DNA from: an uncultured Puniceicoccaceae bacterium
GTDB lineage: Bacteria > Verrucomicrobiota > Verrucomicrobiia > Opitutales > Oceanipulchritudinaceae
Assembly (NCBI GenBank): GCA_963933835.1
Contig: CAWVVV010000005.1
Location: 32,001 to 96,000, forward strand
Length of the DNA stretch: 64,000 nucleotides
Direction of reading: 5' to 3'
Translations under genes and position numbers: made by a program
Part shown: positions 39,238 to 48,417 of the stretch, piece after piece
How the letters are laid out: each line of letters starts with the position of its first letter
Numbering within the stretch: position 1 is the first letter of the stretch
Notes under the pieces: model-generated
Told to the model about the DNA's origin: nothing
The model's input: the letters and a program-made list of their open reading frames with translations, nothing else
The model's database searches: none

Positions 39238-41045
39238 CTTGATTGAGCTCCTCTCATATATGCGAGCGCATCGGTTGCCGGATTTTGCTCCGGTGCAAGC
39301 GCGTAATACTCGATTAACTTTTCCCCAATCTCCTGAAAAACGGGCGCGGCGACCACACCGCCATAAGCAATTCTTCGGTTACCATTTTCATCGATCACAT
39401 TGGCGTCATCTACCATAATCGTAATTGCAAATCTCGGTGCGCTCGCGGGGAAGTATCCCGTAAAAGAAGCGTAGTGATTTCGGCGCGAATATTTACCGTC
39501 GATAATCTTGCGAGCTGTGCCCGTTTTCCCTGCAACCTCAAAGCCATTGATAGCGGCCCTACGGGCTGTGCCACCTTCCATAACGACACCTGTCAGCATC
39601 TTGGAAAGGAGGTGCGAAGTCTGTTCGCTCAACACTTGACGACGAGAGCGATGTGCAAACTCCAAAACGGTTTCACCCTTGTCGTCCAAAATTCGTTTCA
39701 CGATACGCGGACGCATCAACTGCCCATTACTGGCTACACTCGACATAGCCAAATGGACTTGCATCGGTGTCGCACTCACAGCGTAGCCTGCTGGCAAGCG
39801 AGTTATCGTTAACCCGTCCCAGTTCTTTACTGGGTGTAGCATCCCATTCGTTTCACCGTTCAAGCGCCAACCAGTTGGCTCCCCGAACCCAAACTTGGCG
39901 GCGTAATCGTGCATGCGCTTTTCACCCAACTGTAAGCCGAGCTGAGCAGCTCCCCGATTACTCGACTTCGACACCACTTCCGCGAGTGTCAGGTCCTCAT
40001 AGGCGTGACTATCAGAGGGAAGACTAAGCACCCGACCCCTATATTCTACCTGAGCACTACCACAATCGATGATCGAACGCGGGTGGACAAGCTGCTCTTC
40101 GAGGGCAGCTCCCACCGCTACAATTTTAAAAGTTGAGCCAGGTTCATACTGATCGCTCACTGCCCGATTGCGATGAGCCGCGAGATCACTTTCCCAAAAG
40201 CTATTGGGATCAAAGGTTGGGTAGTTCCCGAGGCCAAGAATATCTCCAGTCAGTGGGTCACTGACAATGATCGTCGCACCTGCGGGATCATAGCGCTCTG
40301 CTATTTGCTCTAGAGCTTTTTCAACGTAGCTTTGAACTACGAGGTCAATCGTGAGCTCTACATCATAGCCTTCACGCGCTTCCACTTCACGAATTCTAAA
40401 CTGAGCGAGCTCTCGACGATGGGCATCCCCTTCGGTCTCTCTCCATCCGGATTGTCCTCCGAGATAAAAGTCCAGCCACTGCTCAACCCCCATAACCGCT
40501 TTGTCTTCACGATTCACAAAACCTATCAGATGCGATGCGAACGTACCAGCTGGATAATAGCGTTCGTAGTAAAGATTCCCATACACGCCTTTGACCCCAA
40601 GGCCCATAAGTTCTTCGTGCAGTTCTGGATTGATTTTGGCGATCTTGATCCATCGGCGACGGTTTGCAGGATCCGAACTCGCTTTCTCTAGCTTAGACAA
40701 GATAGCCCGAGGGTCGATCGCAAGTTCCTCGCCTGTCTTCGTTTGAAGCGTGTGCAGCAATCCTTGAAATGCTGCGCGATCTTTAAGCTGATACACTTTT
40801 GGATCCACTCCGAGGCGAACGCGCGGCCTCGTTGTTGCGAGCAAATTGCCCTTCTGATCGATGATGTCTCCGCGACGGCCAGCCTCTGCGATCATCAATG
40901 AGCGCGACCCTGACGCAAAGTCTACGTATTCACCACGCTCATACACTTGCAAAGCAGATAAACGAACCAACACGCATGCGAAGGCAATGATTACAACCGC
41001 AGCCAAGAAGCCCAAACGCCATGAACTGATAAAAGTCTTACACAT
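39234..41045 (-). CDS. ftsI: Class B penicillin-binding protein FtsI
   Basis: RRGDIID, EPGSTFK (SxxK), SSN (SxN) and AGKTGT (KTG). Confidence 0.94.
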   Translation of the reverse strand: MCKTFISSWRLGFLAAVVIIAFACVLVRLSALQVYERGEYVDFASGSRSLMIAEAGRRGDIIDQKGNLLATTRPRVRLGVDPKVYQLKDRAAFQGLLHTLQTKTGEELAIDPRAILSKLEKASSDPANRRRWIKIAKINPELHEELMGLGVKGVYGNLYYERYYPAGTFASHLIGFVNREDKAVMGVEQWLDFYLGGQSGWRETEGDAHRRELAQFRIREVEAREGYDVELTIDLVVQSYVEKALEQIAERYDPAGATIIVSDPLTGDILGLGNYPTFDPNSFWESDLAAHRNRAVSDQYEPGSTFKIVAVGAALEEQLVHPRSIIDCGSAQVEYRGRVLSLPSDSHAYEDLTLAEVVSKSSNRGAAQLGLQLGEKRMHDYAAKFGFGEPTGWRLNGETNGMLHPVKNWDGLTITRLPAGYAVSATPMQVHLAMSSVASNGQLMRPRIVKRILDDKGETVLEFAHRSRRQVLSEQTSHLLSKMLTGVVMEGGTARRAAINGFEVAGKTGTARKIIDGKYSRRNHYASFTGYFPASAPRFAITIMVDDANVIDENGNRRIAYGGVVAAPVFQEIGEKLIEYYALAPEQNPATDALAYMRGAQSR

Positions 41046-41482
41046 CAGCGGCTAAGCCCTCGAACAGCTTCCATCGAAGCGAGATCAAAAGTCTGGCGAT
41101 AGGGTTCTGATTGTCTTGAATTCTGGCTTGGCTCTTCCGTGGTCGGAGCCGGGACATAGAGGGTACCCATGCGAATAACTTGTTCAGTAACTGGACGACG
41201 GAGCGTCAGTCCCATTGCTATGGCGCGTTGATGAAGCGTATCCGGTCGGCTGAGGCGAGCAATCCGGGCGTTAAGATACTCGAGGCGTTGTTCAGCATCA
41301 ACTTGTTCGATCTGAACTTTTTGGATACGCCCTGCTGTATCCGAAATTTGCTGACGCAACCAAACCAGTCCGAGTCCCCCAACTGCTACAATCGCTACGA
41401 TCAAGCAGGTGAGCGTGATTCCCTGATGCCAAAGGATCGAGCGAGCGGGAGCTGCGGGCTGTCTTCGTGGTGATGAGATCAT
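41045..41482 (-). CDS. ftsL: Cell division protein FtsL-like
   Basis: One TM helix plus a coiled coil, located between rsmH and ftsI; ATG 41480-41482 overlaps the rsmH stop. Confidence 0.7.
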   Translation of the reverse strand: MISSPRRQPAAPARSILWHQGITLTCLIVAIVAVGGLGLVWLRQQISDTAGRIQKVQIEQVDAEQRLEYLNARIARLSRPDTLHQRAIAMGLTLRRPVTEQVIRMGTLYVPAPTTEEPSQNSRQSEPYRQTFDLASMEAVRGLSR

Positions 41483-42420
41483 GATGCAGGGATTTCGGCA
41501 GTTTTGCGTAAAAGGCGGAGTTTCGCAGAGCGTGAACGCGGGTTTATTTCGCACTCAGCATCGTTGGGAGAAATTGGGCGGCGGCTAATTTCGACGGCAT
41601 AGACAGAGCGCTGGTCGGCTGTGCGATTATCCCTCGCACCCTCGGGTCGACCCGACATCTTCCGACAAAAACGCTTCGCGATGCGGTCTTCGAGTGAATG
41701 AAAACTGATGACGGCAAGGATGCCTCCAATTTTGAGACGTTCGAAAGCCTTCGGAAGGACGTTCTCAATCACTTCTAGCTCTCGATTGATCGCGATCCGA
41801 ATACCCTGAAAAGTGCGCGTAGCAGGGTGGATTTTACTACGCCGCCGAGCAGCCGGCCCAACAACTTCTTCAATCATACGAGAGAAGGAAAGGGTCTGCT
41901 GAAGTTCACCTGTCCCGCGCGCGCTCAAAATTGCCTGCACGATCCGACGCCACATCTTTTCTTCTCCGTAACCACGGATTGCGCGTATGATATCCGCTTC
42001 GGGGGCATTTTCGAGGAACTCGCCAGCTGTCTGTCCCTCATTCGGGTTCAGACGCATGTCCATCGGGCCATCGAGACGGAAAGCAAAGCCGCGTTCAGCG
42101 GTGTCATAATGATAGGATGAGAGTCCAAAATCGAAAAGCATCCCGTCGAAGACTCCTTCTGTCAGTTCGTCTATATCTTCAAAATTTCCGGGAATGAATG
42201 ATAACCGGCCCGCAACCTCTTTTGCCAGAGCCTCTGCTCGTGGTGCTGCCTCCGGATCGACATCGAGGGCCACGAGAGTGTTTCCCGGGTGAGCTTCGAG
42301 GAGAGCCCGCGCATGACCACCGCCGCCGAAGGTGCCATCGAGCAGTCTCTTTGGTCCATTGGCAGCCTCAATGCCGAGCAAAACGTTTTCGAGAAGCACT
42401 GGAATATGTCCACCTGTCAT
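41479..42420 (-). CDS. rsmH: 16S rRNA m4C1402 methyltransferase
   Basis: HIPVLL, DGTFGGGGH, DMR, HPATRTFQGIRI, ISFHSLEDR and NPRSRSAKLR. Confidence 0.97.
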   Translation of the reverse strand: MTGGHIPVLLENVLLGIEAANGPKRLLDGTFGGGGHARALLEAHPGNTLVALDVDPEAAPRAEALAKEVAGRLSFIPGNFEDIDELTEGVFDGMLFDFGLSSYHYDTAERGFAFRLDGPMDMRLNPNEGQTAGEFLENAPEADIIRAIRGYGEEKMWRRIVQAILSARGTGELQQTLSFSRMIEEVVGPAARRRSKIHPATRTFQGIRIAINRELEVIENVLPKAFERLKIGGILAVISFHSLEDRIAKRFCRKMSGRPEGARDNRTADQRSVYAVEISRRPISPNDAECEINPRSRSAKLRLLRKTAEIPAS

Positions 42421-42435
42421 CAACATCCAATTCCC

Positions 42436-42885
42436 TTAGATATCGAGCTCCTGCATGGCGCTGAGCATATCAAAGTCTTCGTCGTTTGCCTCATTGAAGC
42501 GATCCGCGCTCCACACCTGGAAAAAGCGTCCGAGGCCAACCATCACGACCTCTTTTTCAACCCCAGCGAAGCTTAGTAAATTCTTGGGCATGAGGATCCG
42601 CCCCTGCCCATCGCAGCCAAATTTGCTTCCTCGACCAAAAACGCCACGGAGGAGGCGGTTTGCCTTTAAGTCACCTACTTTGAGCGCAGCGGCGCGCGCC
42701 TTGAGCTGAGCGAGCATCTCCGGGGGAAATACGGCCAAACACCCTTCTGGATGGGGCCAGGCAAAATAGTAGTTCCCTTCGTCCCCTGGCACACGCCAGC
42801 CAGAAGGCACCGTCACACGATTTCGCGCATCAAGGCGGTGCGTGAATTCGCCAAAGTAATCGACGGTTGTGGGGGTAGTGGTCAT
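42436..42885 (-). CDS. mraZ: Transcriptional regulator MraZ
   Basis: Two DxxxR motifs (LDARNRV, CDGQGRI); first gene of the dcw cluster. Start at ATG 42885. Confidence 0.92.
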   Translation of the reverse strand: MTTTPTTVDYFGEFTHRLDARNRVTVPSGWRVPGDEGNYYFAWPHPEGCLAVFPPEMLAQLKARAAALKVGDLKANRLLRGVFGRGSKFGCDGQGRILMPKNLLSFAGVEKEVVMVGLGRFFQVWSADRFNEANDEDFDMLSAMQELDI

Positions 42886-42915
42886 GGGTTCCTGTCCTCT
42901 TGAGGACATTTCGAA

Positions 42916-42948
42916 CCACTTTCTGCCACTTCGCCCCACTTCGGTCAA
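42916..42948 (-). promoter_or_regulatory. MraZ-binding repeats with upstream -35-like TTGACC
   Basis: - strand reads TTGACC-GA-AGTGG-GGCGA-AGTGG-CAGAA-AGTGG, i.e. three GTGG repeats at exact 10-bp spacing. Confidence 0.8.
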
Positions 42949-43307
42949 GCCGAGATGGTATTAATTCGCACTGTTTCAAGGACTTAGATCATCGTGCCAG
43001 TCGCCGCTCTGTATTTGCCCACATCTTATTCACGCTCATTCAGAGGCCAAAACACCAAGCACCTTTCTCCAAATACCCCTGAAGAAGCCCATGAAACCAA
43101 GAGAAAGCATTTACCCTGAGATACTTACAGTATTTTAATACTAGCCCACCTCGCAATTTAGTGAATAACCTTTCCAGATTCAATAAACCTAGAACTTGGC
43201 ACAATTCCGGTCGAACTTAGGGCTAAATAAACCCTCTATATTGGGCTCTTAAACCAACTAGCTCTCGTTCGTAGATCCCATCTTGATTACCTTAAAACTA
43301 CTGCTTC

Positions 43308-44090
43308 GTGACAATTCGACCTGAAAAACAACCCCGGCGAGGTGGAAAGATCCGCCTCGATGAGCTTCTCCTGAGGCGGGAACTCGCTCCGAGTAAAACG
43401 CAGGCACAGGCCTTGATTCGAGCAGGCAAAGTACGCAGTGGCACGGAGATTCTAGACAAGCCGGGCAAGCCGGTAAAAGACGACCTTGAGATAACCGTCG
43501 CGCAGAGCTCTCCATACGTTGGTCGCGGGGCTGACAAAATCGCGGGTTTTCTCAAACAGTTCCCCCTCCCCACCGAAGGCAAAACCGTTCTCGATATTGG
43601 AGCATCCACCGGCGGCTTCACGGATTACATGCTGCAAAACGGCGCGACCAGCTCGACCTGTGTCGATGTTGGCCACGGCCAGCTGCACTACAAGTTGCGG
43701 ACAGACCCCCGGGTAACCAATTTCGAACGGCTCAACGCGCGCAATCTTACCCCTGAAGACGTTCCTCTTCCATCCTATGATTTTATCGTGATGGACCTCT
43801 CTTTCATCTCCCTGAAAAAAGTGTGGCCTGCGGTCTGGCCCTTTGTCGCCCCTGGCCAACACATGATCGCCCTCGTCAAACCGCAGTTTGAGGCTACCAA
43901 GGCGGAAGTAGACGCTGGCCGAGGCGTGATACGGGATACGGCCATCCGCGAGCGTGTCCTTAGCGAAATTCGTGCCTGGGTGGAGCAAAACCTGAAGGAC
44001 GCTCAAGAGGTCGGCTATTGCGAAAGTCCGATCCACGGCGCTGATGGTAATCTTGAATATCTTGTGGGATGGAAGAACATTGCACCGTAG
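43308..44090 (+). CDS. tlyA: TlyA family rRNA 2'-O-methyltransferase
   Basis: S4 domain (RLDELL), DIGASTGGFTD, DVGHGQL, DLSFISL, LVKPQFE and GNLEY. Confidence 0.93.
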   Translation: MTIRPEKQPRRGGKIRLDELLLRRELAPSKTQAQALIRAGKVRSGTEILDKPGKPVKDDLEITVAQSSPYVGRGADKIAGFLKQFPLPTEGKTVLDIGASTGGFTDYMLQNGATSSTCVDVGHGQLHYKLRTDPRVTNFERLNARNLTPEDVPLPSYDFIVMDLSFISLKKVWPAVWPFVAPGQHMIALVKPQFEATKAEVDAGRGVIRDTAIRERVLSEIRAWVEQNLKDAQEVGYCESPIHGADGNLEYLVGWKNIAP

Positions 44091-44117
44091 TAGAACCTCT
44101 AACTAATCTGCGCCTTC

Positions 44118-44975
44118 ATGACCGCCCCGCGTAACCGCATTCTAATCGTTGCTAATCTGACGAAACCAAACGCCGAGAGCATCGCGAAAGAGCTCTACGA
44201 CGTCGCCTTGGCAAACGGATGCAGCGCAGAAATCACAACCACCTTTCCTCTCGAATCATGTGCCTTAGCCGGAAAAGATCTCTGTATCGTTATCGGAGGT
44301 GACGGAAGCATCCTCGGAGTCGTCGGAGCGGTCGCTGAAACTCCAGTCCCAGTCATGGGCGTGAATCTCGGGACGCTTGGGTTCATGGCAAACTACTCGC
44401 CCGAGGGCGCGATCGAAGCACTCAAAGCCTTTCTCAAAACTCCCCACCCCCCGTCGAACCGGAAACTGATTAAGGTGACGACGGCTAAAGGCCGAACAAC
44501 TTGGGCGCTCAACGACGTCGTCATTCGCGCAACAGGGTCTCGTCTCGCACGCCTCACGGTCCGAGCAGATGACAACTACCTGAGCGCATTCTACGCTGAC
44601 GGTCTCATTTTTGCGACACCGACGGGCTCGACCGCCTACAGTCTCTCAGCGGGTGGACCGCTCCTCCACCCCGAAGCCCGAGTGCTGGCGATGACTCCGA
44701 TTAACCCGCATTCGTTGACCAGTCGCGCGATGGTCCTCCCCGAGGAAGTCGAGCTCACCATCGAGCTCGATCCGATCACCACTGATATTCAAATTTCGAC
44801 CGATGGACGCCGCATCGAGGAACTCGAAAGCGTCTTTCCGATCAAAGTGCATATCTGCCCAAACCGCTACTTCCCGCTCCTCCAACCGCCAAACACATCA
44901 CTTTACGATCTCTTGCGCCAAAAGCTCCGGTGGATGGGAGAAATCCCTTCGCGCCTTCAAAGCGATGAATCGTAA
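44118..44975 (+). CDS. nadK: NAD kinase
   Basis: GGDGS, NLGTLGF, ALND and DGLIFATPTGSTAYSLSAGGP. Confidence 0.95.
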   Translation: MTAPRNRILIVANLTKPNAESIAKELYDVALANGCSAEITTTFPLESCALAGKDLCIVIGGDGSILGVVGAVAETPVPVMGVNLGTLGFMANYSPEGAIEALKAFLKTPHPPSNRKLIKVTTAKGRTTWALNDVVIRATGSRLARLTVRADDNYLSAFYADGLIFATPTGSTAYSLSAGGPLLHPEARVLAMTPINPHSLTSRAMVLPEEVELTIELDPITTDIQISTDGRRIEELESVFPIKVHICPNRYFPLLQPPNTSLYDLLRQKLRWMGEIPSRLQSDES

Positions 44976-45060
44976 AAGAGCCTTAAACCTCTGTAGTATA
45001 ACCCCTAAGGTGGGGTTTAAGCTTGCTCGCAAAAATTCCTAAATCACTTTCCAGAGCCTA

Positions 45061-45876
45061 ATGGAGGAGGTCTACTATATCCGGCCAGCTGACTCTGAGA
45101 CCGCTCGCGGACCCTTTGATATCGACAAGCTGAACACGCTTGGCGAAGCAGACCAGCTGACTGCCGAAACGCTCTACTACGACGAGACGCTTGAAGCTTG
45201 GGCAGCCATTGGCTCCAATGATGAGCTCAACGCAAAAATCTTTCCGAAACACAAAAAGCTGAGCCTACGCACTCCCAAGGAAACCTCTGAAACAGCGGGT
45301 TCCGACGAGAAAGGGGCCGCAAGGAAAGTCATCTCAGTTGAAGACATGCGGGCTGCAGCTGAGGGACAGACTGAAGAGACTGAGCATCTCCGCGATGAGC
45401 TCCGCTGGCAGCATCGCGCCGCTGCCATCTCGATTCCAATTTTGACGACCGTATGCTTCGTCTCAGCAGCGACCTACATTTACCCATCTTGGAACATCAT
45501 CCAGCTACTTATCGAAGGCGATGAGGGAGCCATCATGTCGTTTCTGCAGCGCCCGCTCCTCATTCTAGGAGCTTTTGATCTGATCTTCGGGATCTGTCTC
45601 GCCCTCGCGGCGACCGAAATTTACCCACTGCTTCGCTTTCGAGCCATGCTGGGCCTTGGTTTCTTTGGCTACACCTACTGGTCGAGCTTTTCGACGGGCG
45701 ATCCCATCGGGCTCTACCTCTGCCTAGCCAACTTAGCTTTTGGGATCGGTGTCTTCATGTGCACTCTCAGCCTACAATTCCGCACGATTGTCGTCTCTGG
45801 AGCCCTCAGCTTTATCGGTGCCTTGACCTTCGCCTACTTTACGACCTTCGCTCCACTCCTCGAACGCTTCCTGTAG
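45061..45876 (+). CDS. GYF_2 (DUF4339)-like N-terminal domain membrane protein
   Basis: YYI...RGPFDIDKL...LTAETLYY...W pattern, followed by about five TM helices. Confidence 0.7.
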   Translation: MEEVYYIRPADSETARGPFDIDKLNTLGEADQLTAETLYYDETLEAWAAIGSNDELNAKIFPKHKKLSLRTPKETSETAGSDEKGAARKVISVEDMRAAAEGQTEETEHLRDELRWQHRAAAISIPILTTVCFVSAATYIYPSWNIIQLLIEGDEGAIMSFLQRPLLILGAFDLIFGICLALAATEIYPLLRFRAMLGLGFFGYTYWSSFSTGDPIGLYLCLANLAFGIGVFMCTLSLQFRTIVVSGALSFIGALTFAYFTTFAPLLERFL

Positions 45877-46011
45877 AGTATCGTGGCGACTGCGAACCGA
45901 AGTAGACACGCCACCTAAACTCTCTGAGCTTCGGTCTTGACGAGACGCTTCATTTGATTCGTTTTGATCGGTTTTTCCGATTCAGACCCAAACTTTTTAA
46001 TTTCCTGAACC

Positions 46012-46191
46012 ATGGCACAGCCAAAACGCAAACAGTCTAAAGCCCGTTCCCGCAAACGTCGTGGCGCTACAAAGTTCACCCTGCCTCAATTGGCTAAAGA
46101 TCAGACTGATGGCACCGCGTTTCGCCGCCACCGGGTTAACCCAGCAAACGGTCTTTACCGTGGTCGTCAGGTCATTGAAGTCGACGCCTAG
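46012..46191 (+). CDS. rpmF: 50S ribosomal protein L32 (59 aa; below the ORF-track cutoff)
   Basis: MAQPKRKQSKARSRKRRG...RHRVNPANGLYRGRQVI; canonical position upstream of plsX-fabH. Confidence 0.95.
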   Translation: MAQPKRKQSKARSRKRRGATKFTLPQLAKDQTDGTAFRRHRVNPANGLYRGRQVIEVDA

Positions 46192-46217
46192 AGCGAAGAA
46201 AATCAATTTAAGTCTTT

Positions 46218-46244
46218 AGGCGGTCCTTGAGGGCCGCTTTTTTT
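46218..46244 (+). terminator. Rho-independent terminator after rpmF
   Basis: AGGCGGTCC-TTGA-GGGCCGCTT stem followed by a T run. Confidence 0.8.
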
Positions 46245-46252
46245 ATACCCTA

Positions 46253-47308
46253 ATGTCAGACTCTCAGCGAAAAATTGCCGTCGATGCCATGGGCTCGGAC
46301 CTAGGACCGTCAGAAGTGGTGGCGGGTGTCCGGCTTGCCTTAGACAAATTCAACACCCTTGACGGCATCCTCCTCGTCGGTGACGCGGATATCCTCCAGC
46401 CCATTCTGAAAGAGCAGGGGCTCGCAAGCGACCCTCGCCTCGAGGTGCTTCACGCCTCCCAAGTCATCGGCATGGATGAGAAGCCGATCCGAAGCTTAAA
46501 AGAGAAAAAGGACTCCTCCCTTGTTCGGACCGTCGAGAGCGTGAAATCAGGGAAAAGCGCAGCTGCCGTGAGCTGTGGCAATACCGGGAGCCTCATGGCC
46601 TGCTCTACCCTCAAGCTTCGTCCCCTCGCCGGCGTCGGAAAGCCCGCCCTCGCCACGGTCTGGCCTACCGCCGACAAGCGCTTCATCCTTATCGACGGTG
46701 GAGCAAATCCACAGTGCAAGCCCGAGAACCTCGTCCACAACGCGGTCCTAGGGAGTATTTATGCGCAGGACGCGATTGGCATAGAGCACCCCCGCATCGG
46801 CCTTCTCAGCATCGGCACCGAAGAAGGGAAAGGAAACGATCTTGTGAATGATGCTCACACCCAGCTCTCTAAACTCGACGGGATCATCCATTACAAGGGC
46901 CTCGTGGAAGGCTTTGATTTATTCTCTGGCGTGGTTGATGTCGTTGTCACCGATGGATTTACGGGGAACGTAGTCCTCAAATCATGCGAAGGCCTTTGGA
47001 AAATGATGAAAGGCATGATGCGGGAAGAATTCACCCGCACACCGACGCGCAAGGTAGGTGCAGTCCTCCTCAAAGGCGCGATGTCAGACCTCAAGTCTCG
47101 TCTCGATCCAGACATGTTTGGGGGCGCGCCCCTTCTTGGACTGGGTGGCAATGTTCTCAAAGCACATGGTTCCTCCAATCGCGACGCCGTCTCCCATGCC
47201 ATTCGGATCGCCGGTGTCACGATCGAAAAAAACATCACCGAACACGCCCAAAGACTGGTCGCTCAAGCTAATGAGCGGATTAAAGAACCACCCCAAGGCA
47301 ACGACTAG
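46253..47308 (+). CDS. plsX: Phosphate acyltransferase PlsX
   Basis: IAVDAMGSD, SCGNTG, GTEEGKG, VVTDGFTGNVVLK and KAHGSS. Confidence 0.96.
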   Translation: MSDSQRKIAVDAMGSDLGPSEVVAGVRLALDKFNTLDGILLVGDADILQPILKEQGLASDPRLEVLHASQVIGMDEKPIRSLKEKKDSSLVRTVESVKSGKSAAAVSCGNTGSLMACSTLKLRPLAGVGKPALATVWPTADKRFILIDGGANPQCKPENLVHNAVLGSIYAQDAIGIEHPRIGLLSIGTEEGKGNDLVNDAHTQLSKLDGIIHYKGLVEGFDLFSGVVDVVVTDGFTGNVVLKSCEGLWKMMKGMMREEFTRTPTRKVGAVLLKGAMSDLKSRLDPDMFGGAPLLGLGGNVLKAHGSSNRDAVSHAIRIAGVTIEKNITEHAQRLVAQANERIKEPPQGND

Positions 47309-47341
47309 GGACCGCTTAGGAGTTTAGCCAGATGCCATGCC

Positions 47342-47376
47342 TTGACAGGTGGTCGGCAAAGACTCTTTTTCATCCT
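47342..47376 (+). promoter_or_regulatory. Possible sigma70 promoter for fabH
   Basis: TTGACA at 47342-47347 in the plsX-fabH gap; the -10 element is weak or unclear. Confidence 0.35.
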
Positions 47377-47397
47377 CTTTTGGAGCGTTATAACTGA

Positions 47398-48399
47398 ATG
47401 ACATCTGCCACCGATTCTTCGGTCATCATTAAAGGAGTTGGAGCCTATGCTCCTTCAAAAATCCTCACTAACGATGACTTAGCCAAAATGGTCGATACCT
47501 CGGACGAGTGGATCCACACCCGCACCGGTATTCGGCAACGCTACATTGCTGGCGAGCAGGAGCCCACCAGTGTAATGGCGACCAGGGCCGCCGAGGCCGC
47601 GCTCGAGAATGCAGGCCTAGAAGCAACGGATATCGAACTCATTATCGTCGGGACAGTCACACCTGACATGCCGTTTCCTAGCACTGCGTGTTTAGTTCAG
47701 AAGAATCTCCAAACGCGAAAAATCCCAGCGTTCGATATCGAGGCGGCCTGTTCAGGCTTCATCTATGTCATGGACGTAGCCGCAGCGATGATGCGTGCAC
47801 ATGGATACAAGCACGCCCTGATCATCGGAGCGGAGAAGATGAGCAGTATCACCAACTGGGAAGATCGCGCGACGTGCGTGCTTTTCGGAGACGGTGCCGG
47901 CGCTGCCGTCCTAAGCCTCGACTCCACGCCTAACACAGGGCTGCTCAAATCAAATCTTGGGGCCGATGGTGCATCGGCCGACATTCTTCAAGTTCCCTCC
48001 CTCGAAGAAACCGACCCTGAGGCGGCAAAAAAGGATGGTAGCCCCGCCAATGCCATTCAGATGCAAGGGAAAGAAGTCTTTAAGAGCGCAGTTAAGGTGA
48101 TGTGCCAGAGCGCTATCGACATCATCGCAGACTGCAACCTGACCGCCGACGACATCGACCTAATCATCCCACATCAGGCCAATAATCGCATCATCGAGGC
48201 CCTCTCCCAACGCCTTGCCGTCGAGATGGAACGCTTCGTCATCAATGTAGATCGCTATGGCAACACCTCAGCAGCCTCGATCCCAATCGCCCTGTCAGAA
48301 GCCTATCATGCCGGGCGGATTAAATCCGGAGACAAAGTTCTCATGGTTGCCTTTGGTGGTGGACTGACCTGGGCAAGTGCCCTCATCCAATGGCAGTAG
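47398..48399 (+). CDS. fabH: Beta-ketoacyl-ACP synthase III
   Basis: DTSDEWIHTRTGI, AACSGF, LFGDGAGA, PHQAN and GNTSAAS. Confidence 0.97.
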   Translation: MTSATDSSVIIKGVGAYAPSKILTNDDLAKMVDTSDEWIHTRTGIRQRYIAGEQEPTSVMATRAAEAALENAGLEATDIELIIVGTVTPDMPFPSTACLVQKNLQTRKIPAFDIEAACSGFIYVMDVAAAMMRAHGYKHALIIGAEKMSSITNWEDRATCVLFGDGAGAAVLSLDSTPNTGLLKSNLGADGASADILQVPSLEETDPEAAKKDGSPANAIQMQGKEVFKSAVKVMCQSAIDIIADCNLTADDIDLIIPHQANNRIIEALSQRLAVEMERFVINVDRYGNTSAASIPIALSEAYHAGRIKSGDKVLMVAFGGGLTWASALIQWQ

Positions 48400-48417
48400 C
48401 GTAGTAAGAGATATCCC

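Noticed and set aside
43129..43142. Palindrome AGTATT-TT-AATACT in the mraZ-tlyA divergent region
   Set aside because: 6-bp arms in an AT-rich gap are plausible by chance, and no regulator can be assigned.
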